Assembly (NCBI GenBank): GCA_964609085.1
Contig: CAZSRZ010000001.1
Coordinates: forward strand, 658-64,657
Reading direction: 5' to 3'
Source of the DNA: an uncultured bacterium
Lineage (GTDB): Bacteria > Armatimonadota > SYMT01
Length of the DNA: 64,000 bases
Below the pieces are notes generated by a model that searched no databases, was not told where the DNA came from, and saw only the letters and a list, made by a program, of their open reading frames with translations. The translations under genes and the position numbers were made by a program. Shown piece after piece: positions 9,163-19,610 of the stretch. Every line of letters starts with the position of its first letter. Position 1 is the stretch's first letter.

Positions 9163-9975
9163 CTAGTTCCCATACTCCTTCACCAGCAGGGTCAGGTTAT
9201 GCCGATGCTTCCAGGCGGCCAGTTTCCACCAGTCGGCCATGTCATCCGGTATGGGTACGTGGCGCTCGACGGTATCCACGTCCTTCCCGGCGCGTGCCAG
9301 GGATGGAACCGTCGCGAGCAGATAGTCCAGGTACTCCAGCCAGCGCACGATGTGTTGGGGGCGCACCAGGGGGCCGTGACCGACGATGTAGGTGTCCGCA
9401 TCGTACTCGAGCACGCGAGCCAGGTGACGACGGAGCAGGTCGATCTTCGACTGATCGTAGCGCGACAGGGGAATCATTCCCCAGCCGAAGAGGTCCGCGA
9501 TGTGAAGCACCCGAGCCCATGGAAAGTAGACGACGCTGTCCCAGATGGTGTGGGTGCCGCCCAGATACTCGATCTCCAGGTGGCGTCCCTCCCCTTCGAG
9601 GCGGTAACGATCGGAGAACGTGATGTTGGGCTGACCGTTCGCATCCGACTGTGCCGGGCCGACCGTCTCGTGCGCGATGACCGTAGCCCCAAGCCGGGCC
9701 CATGCCGGGTTGAACCCGATGTGGTCCGGGTGCCAGTGGGTGTTCACGAGCCAGCGGATCGGCTTCCCCGCCGTGTTCGCTATGTCGATGGGGATCTGCT
9801 GCTCCATCGGAGCGTCGTCGGCGGGATCCAATCCGTCGATGATGACCACGCCGCTGCCGAGGTCCGCCCAGGCGGCGTTGTCCACCATGTTGCGGATCCA
9901 GACGCCCGGACCCACCTCGAAGACCTCGTTTTCGCGGAAATCAATCAGCATCGATCGGGACCCCCTCGAAGTCAT
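9163..9975 (-). CDS. MBL-fold metallo-hydrolase
   Basis: HWHPDH (HxHxDH) metal-binding motif. 270 aa. Confidence 0.8.
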   Translation of the reverse strand: MTSRGSRSMLIDFRENEVFEVGPGVWIRNMVDNAAWADLGSGVVIIDGLDPADDAPMEQQIPIDIANTAGKPIRWLVNTHWHPDHIGFNPAWARLGATVIAHETVGPAQSDANGQPNITFSDRYRLEGEGRHLEIEYLGGTHTIWDSVVYFPWARVLHIADLFGWGMIPLSRYDQSKIDLLRRHLARVLEYDADTYIVGHGPLVRPQHIVRWLEYLDYLLATVPSLARAGKDVDTVERHVPIPDDMADWWKLAAWKHRHNLTLLVKEYGN

Positions 9976-10009
9976 CGGCCAACCGACAGTCGGGGCCGGG
10001 CAGGCAGCG

Positions 10010-10417
10010 TCATTTAATCACTCCGGCCCGGGCTGATTGCCTTCGTCGCTTCAAGGACCCGGCCACGGGTACCACCGTCAGGATGGTCAACACCAGAAGA
10101 AACCCGAAGCCGGCGCCGAGCCGTCCAGCCTGGATAAGCTCTGCCGGCTGCGTCAGCCAGAACAGATCTCGGAGACCGTACCTGGCGATAATCTGCTCGG
10201 AGGTTCCCCAGGCGGCCACCAAACCTAGCACGAGCGCCAGCATCCATAGCACCCGACGTTCGCGCCACCGTCGCCATACTTCGCCTGTAGGGATCCGAGG
10301 ACTCACCCGGGTCGCACCCAGGTAGATGGCGAGAGCACTCAATATCCCCCAGCCTGTGCCGGCGAGGAAGCAGCCGAGTGCGGTCCGAAGCAGCGTTCCA
10401 TCTCTGTCCAGGAACAT
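10010..10417 (-). CDS. Small integral membrane protein (hypothetical)
   Basis: Internal Met (MFLDRDGTLL...) followed by about 4 hydrophobic helices. The start abuts the stop of the upstream YfiH-like gene. Confidence 0.45.
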   Translation of the reverse strand: MFLDRDGTLLRTALGCFLAGTGWGILSALAIYLGATRVSPRIPTGEVWRRWRERRVLWMLALVLGLVAAWGTSEQIIARYGLRDLFWLTQPAELIQAGRLGAGFGFLLVLTILTVVPVAGSLKRRRQSARAGVIK

Positions 10418-11196
10418 CAGCGGTGCTCTAACCAGGCAATGGTTGCCTGCCGGCCAGTGGCGGGCTCCCCGCGCTTTGAGGCCCGCCGATGGCTGAAGAA
10501 CCGATCCTCTGCGCAGGCTGTGCAGCCAGGCTCCGTCCGGATCTGGGCGCCCGGAATCCCCAGCGAGCCCAAAACCAGCTTCGCCTGTCGGCACAAGTCG
10601 AGGCGCACCGAGCCGTCTGCGCGGTGGAGAGCTTGTGGGAAGAACTCCGCCATCTCTTCCCCTACCTCATAGCAGCAAGCTCCGATCCCTGGGCCGATCC
10701 AGGCTTCCCAGGTCGTAGTGTCGGCTTGCCCGTAGGATCGAATCGTCTCTGCGGCAGCCTGGATCACCCCCGCCGCCAGGCCGCGCCAACCCGCGTGGAT
10801 CGCGGCCAGCACCCGGTTGACCGGGTCGAAAACCACGATGGGCAGACAGTCCGCGGTGAGAATCATCATCGGTAACTGCGCGTCTGCGGTCACGAGTGCA
10901 TCCGTCTCCTGCAGTTGCTCGTCCCTCTGCAGCCAGCGGACACCCGCATGCAGCGGGCCGACACGTGCACAGCGAACCCCGTGCACCTGGTCCGCGACCA
11001 CCGGATCGAGCAACTCAGGAGGGAGGCGTCGACGAAGCAGTTCCCGGTTCTGGCGTACGCGCTCGCCGACATCGCCCACGTGATAGCCCAGATTGAACTC
11101 GGCGTAGGGGCCTCGGCTGACGCCACCCATGCGCGTGGTCGATAGCACCCATGCTCCGGGCCAGCCATGGAGAGTATGGAACGCGTCAGGCTGCAT
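10417..11196 (-). CDS. YfiH/PgeF-family laccase-domain protein (purine nucleoside phosphorylase / peptidoglycan editing factor family, DUF152)
   Basis: 259 aa. Conserved blocks LTADCLPIV, HAGWRG and CCYEVG with cysteine/histidine ligands typical of this family. Confidence 0.8.
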   Translation of the reverse strand: MQPDAFHTLHGWPGAWVLSTTRMGGVSRGPYAEFNLGYHVGDVGERVRQNRELLRRRLPPELLDPVVADQVHGVRCARVGPLHAGVRWLQRDEQLQETDALVTADAQLPMMILTADCLPIVVFDPVNRVLAAIHAGWRGLAAGVIQAAAETIRSYGQADTTTWEAWIGPGIGACCYEVGEEMAEFFPQALHRADGSVRLDLCRQAKLVLGSLGIPGAQIRTEPGCTACAEDRFFSHRRASKRGEPATGRQATIAWLEHR

Positions 11197-11232
11197 CAGA
11201 CCCCATGAACGGATGCGCCCATTCGGGTCGCA

Positions 11233-13026
11233 CTAGGCCCAGCGCGCGAACTCCAGCGGAGCGTCCACGGTCGCCTCCGGCTCTGACGCGACCATTTCCG
11301 CCCCCGCGGCGCCGAAGCGCCAGTTGGTGTGGGCTCGAGTTTGGCGATCCAACTCCAGCGCCCGCTGCCACTCTCGCCACAGGTATTCTTTCTTGACGCC
11401 GAGTTGGATGGCGTCCCAGGGGAGAATCTCCTCGAACGACCGCGGCCGGCAAACGTACCAATCCGGGTCGATGCCGGTCTCGCGGAACGCGGCCCGCCAG
11501 TCGCCTCCGTTGTTGTGCGCGGCCAACAACGCCGCCCCGACTCGGCGATCCGCGAGGGAAAGCACCCCCTGCACGTGCGATCCACGGACGCTGTCGACCG
11601 TGTACTCCAACTGTCTCGAGGCGTGCCGGACCGCGCGGCCCACGAGCTTGAGACGCCGCTCGACTTCGGAAGGCTGCATGGTACCCGCCCACTGGTAGGC
11701 CGTGTGGGGCTTGGGAACAAAGGGGTGCATTGTCAGCGCCACCTTGCGGAAAGGGCCCTGCGCGAGCACGGCCGCCGAGAGATCGGCAATCGCCAGCAGG
11801 TCTTCCTCGGTTTCGCCCGGTAGGGCGACGATGTAGTAGAGCTTGATCCGCTCCACGCCGTTTGAGGCGCAGCGACGGGCCGCAACGAGCACATCTTCGT
11901 CGGTGACGTGCTTGCGAGCGACGTAGCGCAACCGTTCGGAACCGGTCTCGGGCGCGATGGTGACCGTCTTCTGACCGGCCTCCCCGATGGCACATGCCAC
12001 GCTCTCGCTCAAGTTATCCGCGCGCAGGCTGGAAAGGGAGACGCTGCCGGCCTGCTCCGTGAGGCTTCGCGTTATCTGCACTAGCTGTTTGTGGTCGGTA
12101 AGGCTGCTGCCCACCAACCCGACTCTCTGCGGTGCGGGTCCGCTGTCCGCTGCCATCCGGAACTCCCGATCGAGTTGCTCCGGCGGCGTGTAGCGAACCG
12201 GGCGGTAGGCGTAGCCCGCGAAGCAGAACCTGCAGCCCTGGCCGCAGCCTCGGGCTGCCTCCGCCAGCAGCATGTTTCCGAATTCGGTGTTCGGCGTGAC
12301 GATCTGCGCGCTGGTGTTGTAGGCCTCTAGATCTCTAGCCACCCAGCGGCGCACCGGAAACGGCACCTCGGGATGCGGCACGATCTCGGCGATGGTCCCA
12401 TCCGATGCGTAGCGATGCTCGTAGAGAGACGGCACGTAGATGCCCTGCACCGAGGCGAGATCCAACAAGAGGGCGTGCTTGTCGTCCCACCCCTGCGTGC
12501 AGCGGTGCCGCTGCATGATGGGGATGATGAGATCGGTCAGCCCTTCCGCTTCTCCGATGACGAAAGCGTCGATGAAGCCCGCCATCGACTCCGGGTTCAC
12601 CCAGGGCGCGGGACCACCGGCGATCACGAGGGGGTAGTTCTCGTCCCGTTCGTGTGAGTGCAGCGGCAGCCCGGCCAGCTCGAGGATCTTGAGGACGTTC
12701 AGGTAGTCAAGTTCAAACGAGATGGAGAACCCGAGAACATCAAAGGTATTCAGGGGTCGCTGGCTCTCGTACGCGAAGAGGGCGGTGTGGCTGCGGCGAT
12801 GCTCGGCCTCGTCGACGGGGTCCGGCAAGAACGCCCGCTCGCAGACGGTATCGTCACGCTCGTTCAACAGCCGATAGACGAGTTGGAACCCGAGGTTCGA
12901 CATCCCCAGCCGGTAGCTGTTGGGAAAGGTCAGGGCGAAGCGCAGGAGATCGCCGTGCGGCTTGGTGATGGTGCCGCGTTCGTCTGCGAGCAGCCTCCGC
13001 ACGTTCTGGATAAGCTTGTACGACAT
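11233..13026 (-). CDS. Radical SAM protein with B12-binding-like N-domain, fused to a DUF2344-like C-terminal domain (TIGR03960/TIGR03936-like architecture)
   Basis: CGQGCRFC radical SAM motif. About 598 aa from the internal Met MSYKLIQN. The N-terminal half resembles a B12-binding/radical SAM core and the C-terminal part an uncharacterised conserved domain. Confidence 0.75.
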   Translation of the reverse strand: MSYKLIQNVRRLLADERGTITKPHGDLLRFALTFPNSYRLGMSNLGFQLVYRLLNERDDTVCERAFLPDPVDEAEHRRSHTALFAYESQRPLNTFDVLGFSISFELDYLNVLKILELAGLPLHSHERDENYPLVIAGGPAPWVNPESMAGFIDAFVIGEAEGLTDLIIPIMQRHRCTQGWDDKHALLLDLASVQGIYVPSLYEHRYASDGTIAEIVPHPEVPFPVRRWVARDLEAYNTSAQIVTPNTEFGNMLLAEAARGCGQGCRFCFAGYAYRPVRYTPPEQLDREFRMAADSGPAPQRVGLVGSSLTDHKQLVQITRSLTEQAGSVSLSSLRADNLSESVACAIGEAGQKTVTIAPETGSERLRYVARKHVTDEDVLVAARRCASNGVERIKLYYIVALPGETEEDLLAIADLSAAVLAQGPFRKVALTMHPFVPKPHTAYQWAGTMQPSEVERRLKLVGRAVRHASRQLEYTVDSVRGSHVQGVLSLADRRVGAALLAAHNNGGDWRAAFRETGIDPDWYVCRPRSFEEILPWDAIQLGVKKEYLWREWQRALELDRQTRAHTNWRFGAAGAEMVASEPEATVDAPLEFARWA

Positions 13027-13138
13027 TCGCCGGTGTTCGTCTCGATCTCCGCTGTCCGGGGCGGACCCCCTAGTTAAACACGGCCGACCCGGCTCGTCCA
13101 CAAAGTCCCGGCACCTAGCGCATTCCTCTCGCACGCCG

Positions 13139-14365
13139 ATGCCCAGCCCGCGCCCTCCCCAGCAGCCGACGTATCCCGGACAGGGGCTTGACGTCCGATC
13201 GCCGACTCTCACCCGCGTGGCGCTCTACGTGTGGCTCGCAGTCGCGTTCGTGCTGCTGTGGCTGCACTTTTCGTCCGTCCGTATCTATCTGGATTGGCGG
13301 ATCTACTCGCTCTACTTCCTGGCCGTGGCCGGCGTCGCCGGGCGCTACCTCACAGGCATCCGACACGGGAACGCAAGATGGCACCGCGTGGTATTCGACA
13401 CGCTTTCCATTCTCTTCATCGCGCTGGGAGTCAATCAGACAGGCGGCATCCACAGCGACCTGTGGCTGCTCTACTTCATCTTCGTGATCGCCGAAACGCT
13501 TGCGGCCAGCGCCCGGGGCTTCCTCATCACTGATGTGGCCGCAGTGTTGAGCTACGTCATCGCCACCTGGCCGGCGCAGCCGGCGGTGCTGAACGAGTAC
13601 TTCGAACGACTGATCACCCGGGTCTTCTTCCTCGTGCTCGTTGCTCTGATCGCGCGAGCGCTGGCCGCCCAGGAACGCCAGAAACAGCAAGACCTGGCTG
13701 CCCTGACGGAAGCCCTCTCAGTCAGCGAAGAGCGGCGGCGGCTGGCCCGGGACCTCCACGATGGGGTGGGACATGTGTTGACGCGAGTGATCCTGAGCCT
13801 CGAGCTCGGAAGGCGTATGCTCCGACAGCCCGTCGCTGAAGCATCTGTCGTCGCGGCTGAAGAGTGTGTGGCTCAGCAGGCGACAGCGCTGCGTGGCGCG
13901 ATGGAGGAGATGCGGCAATTGGTGGCCACCCTCCGTACCGACACGGCCGCGTTCCAGATCGGCGCGGCGGTGCTGCAGATGGCTGAGCAGCTCTCTCAGC
14001 CGGGCCATCTCGAAGTGAAATCAGACATCACCACTCAATCGATCCCCCTTTCACCGCACCGCCAGTATCACCTGTCGCGCGTGATCCAGGAGGCGCTGAC
14101 GAATTGCGTTCGGCACTCCGGTGCGACGCTGGCCACCGTGGAGCTGAAGGTGGAAGAGGATCCGCTGGGGGAACCCGTCGTGGTGGCGACGGTGACGGAC
14201 AACGGGAAGGGCTTTGATCCCGAGGCACCCGTGCAGCGCCCAGGTCATGGTCTGACCGGCATGCGCGAACGCCTCGCGCCCTATCAGGGCCAGATTGAGA
14301 TCCGCTCCGCACCCGGGGCGGGAACGACACTACGTGCGAGGTTGGGCGGCGATCTGCCGGTCTAA
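13139..14365 (+). CDS. Sensor histidine kinase, NarL/DesK type (HisKA_3), multi-TM N-terminal sensor
   Basis: Five to six N-terminal TM helices, an H-box DLHDGVGH, and an HATPase region (DNGKGF, GHGLTGMRER). The start Met was chosen at MPSPRPP; the track ORF begins further upstream inside the divergent radical SAM gene. Confidence 0.8.
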   Translation: MPSPRPPQQPTYPGQGLDVRSPTLTRVALYVWLAVAFVLLWLHFSSVRIYLDWRIYSLYFLAVAGVAGRYLTGIRHGNARWHRVVFDTLSILFIALGVNQTGGIHSDLWLLYFIFVIAETLAASARGFLITDVAAVLSYVIATWPAQPAVLNEYFERLITRVFFLVLVALIARALAAQERQKQQDLAALTEALSVSEERRRLARDLHDGVGHVLTRVILSLELGRRMLRQPVAEASVVAAEECVAQQATALRGAMEEMRQLVATLRTDTAAFQIGAAVLQMAEQLSQPGHLEVKSDITTQSIPLSPHRQYHLSRVIQEALTNCVRHSGATLATVELKVEEDPLGEPVVVATVTDNGKGFDPEAPVQRPGHGLTGMRERLAPYQGQIEIRSAPGAGTTLRARLGGDLPV

Positions 14366-14384
14366 TGGATGAAGGGTTGAGCTG

Positions 14385-15032
<648 letters not shown>

Positions 15033-15039
15033 GTGCTCC

Positions 15040-15408
15040 GTGAACCCGCTCACCGTGTTCCAAATGCTCACTATCGGCCTGGTCGCCGGCACTGCGGGCG
15101 GCATGTTCGGCATCGGCGGGGGGCTGATCATGGTCCCGGCCCTGATGATCGTCGCCGGCCAGGAGCTGAAGCTGGCCACCGGCACGTCCCTGGCTGCCCA
15201 ACTCTTGCCGGTCGCCCTGTTCGCCGTGATGGAGAAGTACCGCCTAAAAGAGGTGGATTTTCGCTTCGCGGGGCTGATGGCCGTCGGACTACTCGCCGGC
15301 ACGCTCCTCGGAGTGAAGTTGAGCACCCCCATCGACAAGGATGTGATGAAGAAGCTCTACGGCGGCTTCCTGCTCCTGGTGGGGATCCGCTACCTCTTCT
15401 TCAAGTGA
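15040..15408 (+). CDS. Half-length TauE/SafE (DUF81)-like membrane protein (4 TM)
   Basis: 122 aa. Gly-rich TM motif (GGMFGIGGGLIMVPAL) typical of sulfite-exporter TauE/SafE repeats, but only one 4-TM repeat is present. Confidence 0.65.
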   Translation: MNPLTVFQMLTIGLVAGTAGGMFGIGGGLIMVPALMIVAGQELKLATGTSLAAQLLPVALFAVMEKYRLKEVDFRFAGLMAVGLLAGTLLGVKLSTPIDKDVMKKLYGGFLLLVGIRYLFFK

Positions 15409-15779
15409 CCCGGTTCGCTCTCCACAGGCACGTCTTCCCGAACCACGCTTCCGCGGAAGGTGCTGTGTCGAGAGATGGCATCCGCCAGCCGTTGGGGCGT
15501 GGTACGCTGGGGGTCGTACGCCACCCAGAGCGATTCGTCTCGCGTATCGGAGCGTGCGTCAACAAATCCATCTATGCGCTGGAGCGCTGCCCGGGCCTGC
15601 GGGTCACAGCTTCCCTGGCAATTCATCCCCTCCGCGCGGAGCAGGGTGACGGCTGTGCCGGGGGCGAGGGATCCGGGCGCGAACGGCGGACCGGCCGGCG
15701 TGCACCCCCCCACCCCGAAGACGGCGGCCAGCCCAGCGAGCCACCTTCGCGGCATCCCCGGCCACCTGCGATCACTCAT
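15390..15779 (-). CDS. Putative lipoprotein with HMA-like heavy-metal-binding motif
   Basis: Internal Met start MSDRRW. Signal peptide ending in the lipobox-like GVGGC. GMNCQGSC resembles the HMA GMxCxxC motif but with CxxxC spacing. Overlaps the upstream kinase gene's stop. Confidence 0.45.
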   Translation of the reverse strand: MSDRRWPGMPRRWLAGLAAVFGVGGCTPAGPPFAPGSLAPGTAVTLLRAEGMNCQGSCDPQARAALQRIDGFVDARSDTRDESLWVAYDPQRTTPQRLADAISRHSTFRGSVVREDVPVESEPGHLKKR

Positions 15780-17226
15780 CGTCGGCACCGTTCCGGTCAT
15801 CCACGGGCAGGGGGAGCCGGATGGTGAACGCACTGCCCTCTCCCGCCGAACTGCTGGCCGCAACGCCGCCCCCGTGCGCTTCCACTGCCCATCGGGTGAT
15901 GCTGAGGCCGAGACCGGACCCGCCTGCAGCCCGCGCTCGCCCGCTGTCCACACGGTAGAAGCGTTCGAAGATGTGCGGGAGGTGTTCCTCGGCGATGCCG
16001 ATGCCGGAATCTCTCACTTCCAGCGTCACCTCCTCGCCCGTCTGTCGAGCCGAGACCGTGACTCTCCCCCCAGGCGGCGTGTACTTGATCCCGTTGCTCA
16101 CGAGATTACCGAGGGCCTGGCTAAGCCACAGCGGGTCGCCCGCCACCACCAGTGGCGCCACCTCGCCGACGACGAGGGCGACCCCGGCCCGATCCGCCAT
16201 CCCAGCGTGGCCGCGCACGCTCTGTTCCACCAGCCACTCAATCTCAACCGGTTCTTCCTTGATCAACGCCTGGCCGGCATCGGCGCGCGCGAGCAACAGC
16301 AGGCTCTCCACGATCCCGGACATCCGCTCGGCGGCATCGAGAATCGCTCCCAGAGACTTGCGGCTCTGCTCCGGTGTAAGCTCGCCGAGCAAGGCTACCT
16401 CTGCTTCCCCGCGGATCGCGGTGAGCGGGGTTCGCAGCTCGTGCGAGGCGTCGGCGCTGAACTGACGAACCTGCCGAAAGCTCTTGTCCAGCCGTGAGAT
16501 CATCTGGTCGAAAGCGTGCGCAAGCCTCCCAATCTCATCCACCGGACCCCCGTGTCGGATGCGCCGTTCCAGATTACTGCTCTGGATCTCGAGAGCGAGG
16601 CGTGTGAGGTCGTCCACGCGCCGAAGCGCTCGGTCGACGACGATCCAGTTGCCGACGAGGGCCAGCAGGAAAACCAGTGGGGTGATGATCAGCAGCAACC
16701 ACCCAGCGCGTTGGAGCGCGGCCTCTACACCTTCCAGGCTGGTCCCCGCCTGGACCATCAGGGGCACGTCGGCTCCCAGTCGCACGGGCACCGTCACGAT
16801 CCGCACCGGGTGCTCCCCCAACCCACGAACGGTCTCGAGCGTGGTTAGGCCGCGCTTGCCGCGCGCGAGGGCATCCGCGCTCACGGGTAGTTTCTGGGAA
16901 GCCAGTCCGTCCGACCACTCCCGGGGGAAGCCCTCCGTGTCCACGATCTGGACGTAGCGCCCCCAGGTCCGGATGTCATTACTGAGGAACTTCTGGCCGC
17001 GAATCATCTCCGGTGCCAGGCGAGGAGCGTCGCTCGCCCGACGGATTCGGAAGAGCGTCGCAGCCATCTGTCGGGCGGTTATGTCGCCGTACTCTTCGAG
17101 CGCAGCATCCGCGCGAGAGTGCAGCACCCTGATGAGCAGGGCATAGGTGAGCCCTGCCAGTGCCAGCAGCGTGATCGCCATCAGCGCTGCGTGCCACAGA
17201 CCCAGGTGGGCCCGCAATCCACGCAC
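15772..17226 (-). CDS. Two-component sensor histidine kinase (CusS/CzcS-like: periplasmic sensor, HAMP, HisKA, HATPase)
   Basis: Two TM segments flanking a roughly 140-aa periplasmic domain. H-box SHELRTPL, N-box NLVSNGIKYT and G-boxes DSGIGI, GGSGLGLSI. Confidence 0.9.
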   Translation of the reverse strand: MRGLRAHLGLWHAALMAITLLALAGLTYALLIRVLHSRADAALEEYGDITARQMAATLFRIRRASDAPRLAPEMIRGQKFLSNDIRTWGRYVQIVDTEGFPREWSDGLASQKLPVSADALARGKRGLTTLETVRGLGEHPVRIVTVPVRLGADVPLMVQAGTSLEGVEAALQRAGWLLLIITPLVFLLALVGNWIVVDRALRRVDDLTRLALEIQSSNLERRIRHGGPVDEIGRLAHAFDQMISRLDKSFRQVRQFSADASHELRTPLTAIRGEAEVALLGELTPEQSRKSLGAILDAAERMSGIVESLLLLARADAGQALIKEEPVEIEWLVEQSVRGHAGMADRAGVALVVGEVAPLVVAGDPLWLSQALGNLVSNGIKYTPPGGRVTVSARQTGEEVTLEVRDSGIGIAEEHLPHIFERFYRVDSGRARAAGGSGLGLSITRWAVEAHGGGVAASSSAGEGSAFTIRLPLPVDDRNGADDE

Positions 17227-17231
17227 GGATG

Positions 17232-17906
17232 CTAACCGTCCTCCCGCAGCACGTAGCCCACGCCCCGGACGGTGTGCAGGAGCCGTGATTCATCGCGGGC
17301 GTCAACTTTCTTCCGGAGGAAGTTCATGTAGACCTCGAGGACGTTAGATGGCGTCTCGAAATCGTAGCCCCACACCCCCTCGAGCAGCTCCTTGCGGGTG
17401 AGAATCTTCTCTGGGTACCGCATCATGTACTCCAGCAGCGCGTATTCTTTGTTCGTGAGTTCTACCCGGCGCTTACCCCGGGTCAACGTGCGACTGTTGG
17501 CGTCCAGAGTCAGGTCTGCGTAAGTAACCACGGGCACGCGCACGGCCGTGGCTCGTCGGAGCAAGGCTCGCAGCCGCGCGAGCAGTTCCTCAAAGGAAAA
17601 CGGTTTGGGCAGGTAGTCGTCGCAACCGGCGTCCAGCCCGGCAATCCGATCCCCGATCTCGCCGCGTGCGGTCAATGCGAGGACCGGTATGTCCAACTTT
17701 CGACGCCGAATCTCGCGGACCACCGCAAGACCGTCCATCCCCGGAAGCATGAAGTCCAGGATTACGCCGTCGAACCGCTCGGCGTCGACGAGGGCCAGCG
17801 CGTCCTCGCCGCTTGTGACGTGGTCCACTCGAAAGCCTTGTGACTCAAGTCCGCGGCAGACGAAGCCCGCGACAGCCTCTTCGTCCTCGACCACTAGAAG
17901 TCGCAC
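17232..17906 (-). CDS. Response regulator, OmpR/PhoB family (REC + winged helix)
   Basis: REC motifs (LLVVEDE, D..ILDFMLPGMDG, KP) and a C-terminal winged helix (TRKELLEGVWGYDF...VRGVGY). Confidence 0.9.
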   Translation of the reverse strand: MRLLVVEDEEAVAGFVCRGLESQGFRVDHVTSGEDALALVDAERFDGVILDFMLPGMDGLAVVREIRRRKLDIPVLALTARGEIGDRIAGLDAGCDDYLPKPFSFEELLARLRALLRRATAVRVPVVTYADLTLDANSRTLTRGKRRVELTNKEYALLEYMMRYPEKILTRKELLEGVWGYDFETPSNVLEVYMNFLRKKVDARDESRLLHTVRGVGYVLREDG

Positions 17907-17933
17907 TCTGCCCCCTCCCTCTTGCGGCCCCGT

Positions 17934-19610
17934 TTAGCTTCCGGTGCCCTCGACCAATGTAATCGTCCCGTCGACGCGCTCGCAAGCGTAGGCCTCCACC
18001 GCCCCGCTCGGCCACCGCACTTCGATACGGTCCACGACGCTTGCTGCACCCAGCCCGAACGTCGGCGAAGTGTCGCTCTGCGAAAGATAGCCGGAACCGC
18101 ACCTGACTGTGCGCGTCTGCACACGGCCGCCTGTCCAAACACGCACCGCTGCGCCGATGGCGGCTCGGTTCTGCGACCGGGACGATAGTCGAACGCGCAC
18201 CCAGTGATGCTGCGGATGGCCGGCCATCCGCAGCAGAGCCGGAGAGCCGCCATTCGTTGTGACCAGGACATCCAGGTCGCCGTCGCCATCGACGTCACCA
18301 ACAGCGACGCCACGAGCCACTCTCGGAGTGCGCAGCGCACCGCTGCTGAGGCTGAGGTCCTGGAATCCGCCGCCCGGCAGAGCCCGGAAGAGCATCCCTG
18401 GTTGGGAGTACGTCGAACTGCCGCGCACGGCGATGTCGTCCTGGATGTGCCCATTGGCGACGAGGATGTCCTGCAGCCCATCGAGATCGGCATCGAAGAA
18501 GCAATTGCCGAACCCGAGGTACTTCTGGCTGGGTGTGCCTACGCCGACCCGGGCAGCGACATCCATAAACAACCCCGAGTCGTCCCGCCGGTAGAGGCTG
18601 AGCTGTTCGCCGGTGAAGTTGGTGATCAAGATGGCCTCCCGTCCGCTGTTGTCATAGTCGGCCGCATCGATCCCCATCCCTGCTTTCGCCATTCCGCCCT
18701 CGGCAACGGCGATCCCGGCCTGCACGGCCACTTCTTTGAAGCGGCCATTGCCCTGGTTGTGAAAGAGGAAGTTGCGCACCGTATCGTTGGCGACGGCGAG
18801 ATCCGGCCAGCCATCCCGATCAAAGTCGAGGAGGACGGCTCCCAGGGCCTTGGCTCCGGGGATGTGCACTCCCGCCTGCCGGCTCACATCCACGAAACCT
18901 GTGCCTTTGTTCATCCAGAGTGTGCAACTGTCGCCCTCATACTGATCTGGGCGAGAGTAGGACTTCCGCACGCCATCCAGTGAGAAGAACAGGTCGCCCG
19001 CGGGGCTCCAACGCACGTAGTGGGTGACAAAGAGGTCTAACCGTCCGTCGCGGTTGTAGTCGAGCCAGACCGGCGCGGCAGCCCAGCCCCGGTCCGACAG
19101 CCCGACGGTCGCTGTCACATCGGTGAACCCCGTCGCGGTCTGGCGATAGAGGCGTACACCGGCCAGGGTAGTCAGGCACAGGTCGAGCCGGCCGTCAGCA
19201 TCGTAGTCGGCCAACGCGATGCCCATCCCGAACTGTCCGACCGGCATGTTCCAGGCAGCGGAGACGTCGGTGAATCGCTGCCCGCCCCGATTGAGAAAGA
19301 GTCGGGCTCGGCCGGGTGGTCCGCTGCCGCCGGGCCACGATGACGAATCCACCAGCACCACGTCGAGCCGGCCGTCACCGTCCACGTCGGCCAGGGCACA
19401 CCCGGAACCCATCGTCTCCGGCATCCAACGAGAGCCGGCGGCCCCGTTGGCGTGCTGGAACTTGATGCCCGCAGCGGCCGTGATCTCCTCGAAGACGATG
19501 GGTACCGGTGGTGAGATGGGCTCTCTGGCCACCGGCGGCCCGGTCGGCCGACACGCAGATAGGCATCCCATCAAGCCTAGCCCGACGATGACACGAGCGG
19601 CCGGCTTCAT
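17934..19610 (-). CDS. CRTAC1/ASPIC-UnbV family lipoprotein (FG-GAP/VCBS-like beta-propeller repeats)
   Basis: Lipoprotein signal (LMGCLSAC). Repeated D.DGDG..D motifs (ADVDGDGRLDVV, ADYDADGRLDL, LDYNRDGRLDLF, LDFDRDGWPDL, GDVDGDGDLDVL). A C-terminal UnbV-like segment. Confidence 0.8.
   Translation of the reverse strand: MKPAARVIVGLGLMGCLSACRPTGPPVAREPISPPVPIVFEEITAAAGIKFQHANGAAGSRWMPETMGSGCALADVDGDGRLDVVLVDSSSWPGGSGPPGRARLFLNRGGQRFTDVSAAWNMPVGQFGMGIALADYDADGRLDLCLTTLAGVRLYRQTATGFTDVTATVGLSDRGWAAAPVWLDYNRDGRLDLFVTHYVRWSPAGDLFFSLDGVRKSYSRPDQYEGDSCTLWMNKGTGFVDVSRQAGVHIPGAKALGAVLLDFDRDGWPDLAVANDTVRNFLFHNQGNGRFKEVAVQAGIAVAEGGMAKAGMGIDAADYDNSGREAILITNFTGEQLSLYRRDDSGLFMDVAARVGVGTPSQKYLGFGNCFFDADLDGLQDILVANGHIQDDIAVRGSSTYSQPGMLFRALPGGGFQDLSLSSGALRTPRVARGVAVGDVDGDGDLDVLVTTNGGSPALLRMAGHPQHHWVRVRLSSRSQNRAAIGAAVRVWTGGRVQTRTVRCGSGYLSQSDTSPTFGLGAASVVDRIEVRWPSGAVEAYACERVDGTITLVEGTGS

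Noticed and set aside
9199-10017. 272-aa plus-strand ORF antisense to the MBL-fold hydrolase
   Set aside because: It is exactly complementary to a gene carrying a clear HxHxDH motif. It has no motif of its own and an Arg/Val/Asp-skewed composition typical of antisense ORFs.
11186-11995. 269-aa and 174-aa minus-strand ORFs (Arg/Gly-rich) overlapping the radical SAM gene in other frames
   Set aside because: Same-strand alternative frames. The radical SAM frame carries the CxxxCxxC motif and continuous family resemblance, whereas these are low-complexity.
15033-16497. ORFs 15033..15827 (+) and 15460..16497 (+), antisense or alternative-frame to the TauE-like, HMA-like and kinase genes
   Set aside because: The translations are dominated by Arg/Gly/Pro runs. 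The overlapping genes have strong catalytic motifs.
18204-18983. 259-aa plus-strand ORF antisense to the CRTAC1 gene
   Set aside because: Antisense shadow of a gene with repeated, clearly recognisable D-x-D-G-D motifs.
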